IMG/VR virus record: IMGVR_UViG_2651869755_000004
DNA: 15,426 nucleotides
Source: a virus
Lineage: Duplodnaviria; Heunggongvirae; Uroviricota; Caudoviricetes
Reading direction: 5' to 3' (one strand)
Position numbers and translations under genes: made by a program. The notes below the pieces were generated by a model. The model searched no databases and had not been told where the DNA came from. It saw only the letters and a program-made list of their open reading frames with translations. Below are positions 15,224-15,426 of the stretch, piece after piece. Positions within the stretch are counted from its first letter, which is position 1; the number at the start of each line of letters is the position of its first letter.

Positions 15224-15426
15224 GTAACTTAGACGCCCATCTGATATAGACGGACATCTAAGTATGGAATTACAGGACTGGCGAAAAGAACCTCGTAAAA
15301 ACTATTCGAATGAATTCAAACTTCGTATGGTGGAACTGGCATCACAACCTGGAGCTTGTGTTGCACAGATTGCACGTGAAAATGGCGTCAATGATAATGT
15401 TATTTTCAAATGGCTCAGGCTCTGGC
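15224..15426 (+). mobile_element. Left end of an IS element (family unresolved, IS3- or IS66-like) abutting the truncated C gene
   Basis: The C reading frame is closed within 20 bp upstream of its apparent start, and a transposase ORF begins 54 bp away on the other strand. The candidate terminal sequence starts GTAACTTAGACGCCC at 15224. The exact boundary is not proven and the other end lies outside the window. Confidence 0.45.
15264..15426 (+). CDS. Insertion-sequence transposase OrfA-type helix-turn-helix protein, 5' part only (runs off the window)
   Basis: Plus-strand ATG at 15264 encodes MELQDWRKEPRKNYSNEFKLRMVELASQPGACVAQIARENGVNDNVIFKWLRLW. The EFK...V.L......VAQIARE.GVN.N.I.KW pattern is typical of the HTH_Tnp_1 fold of IS3-type OrfA proteins. 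Opposite orientation to all phage genes. Confidence 0.6.
   Translation, partial: MELQDWRKEPRKNYSNEFKLRMVELASQPGACVAQIARENGVNDNVIFKWLRLW

Noticed and set aside
14674-15249. 191-aa plus-strand ORF antisense to the protease gene C
   Set aside because: Lies inside C on the opposite strand with no ribosome-binding site or motif. The real plus-strand gene in this area starts at 15264 in a different context.
1-15426. CRISPR arrays, integrase or attachment sites, and defence-system genes
   Set aside because: No direct-repeat/spacer periodicity and no non-structural ORFs were found. Apart from the I-J insert and the IS edge, every intergenic gap is under 70 bp.

Overview
This window is the late structural (head-to-tail) module of a lambda-like prophage, almost certainly from an enterobacterial genome, with every gene on the minus strand. 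Reading right to left the order is collinear with phage lambda: C/Nu3 (head protease and scaffold), D, E, FI, FII, Z, U, V, G/GT, H, M, L, K, I, J, then the start of the lom moron. All identifications come from reading the translations against lambda proteins from memory; no database search was run. Four things depart from the lambda template. (1) A 343-bp AT-rich insert lies between I and J, where lambda has the two genes adjacent; it carries a near-consensus sigma70 promoter and two intrinsic terminators on the opposite (plus) strand with no credible ORF, so it is a candidate small-RNA moron and the most interesting locus here. (2) The decoration gene D is broken by an apparent 1-bp deletion. 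(3) The C gene lacks its normal 5' end and abuts an oppositely oriented IS-type transposase ORF at the right edge, so portal and terminase genes are not where lambda has them. (4) The Nu3 scaffold part of C carries three tandem ~45-aa repeats. The conserved G/GT -1 frameshift site is intact. Overall this looks like a partly decayed prophage with an intact tail module.
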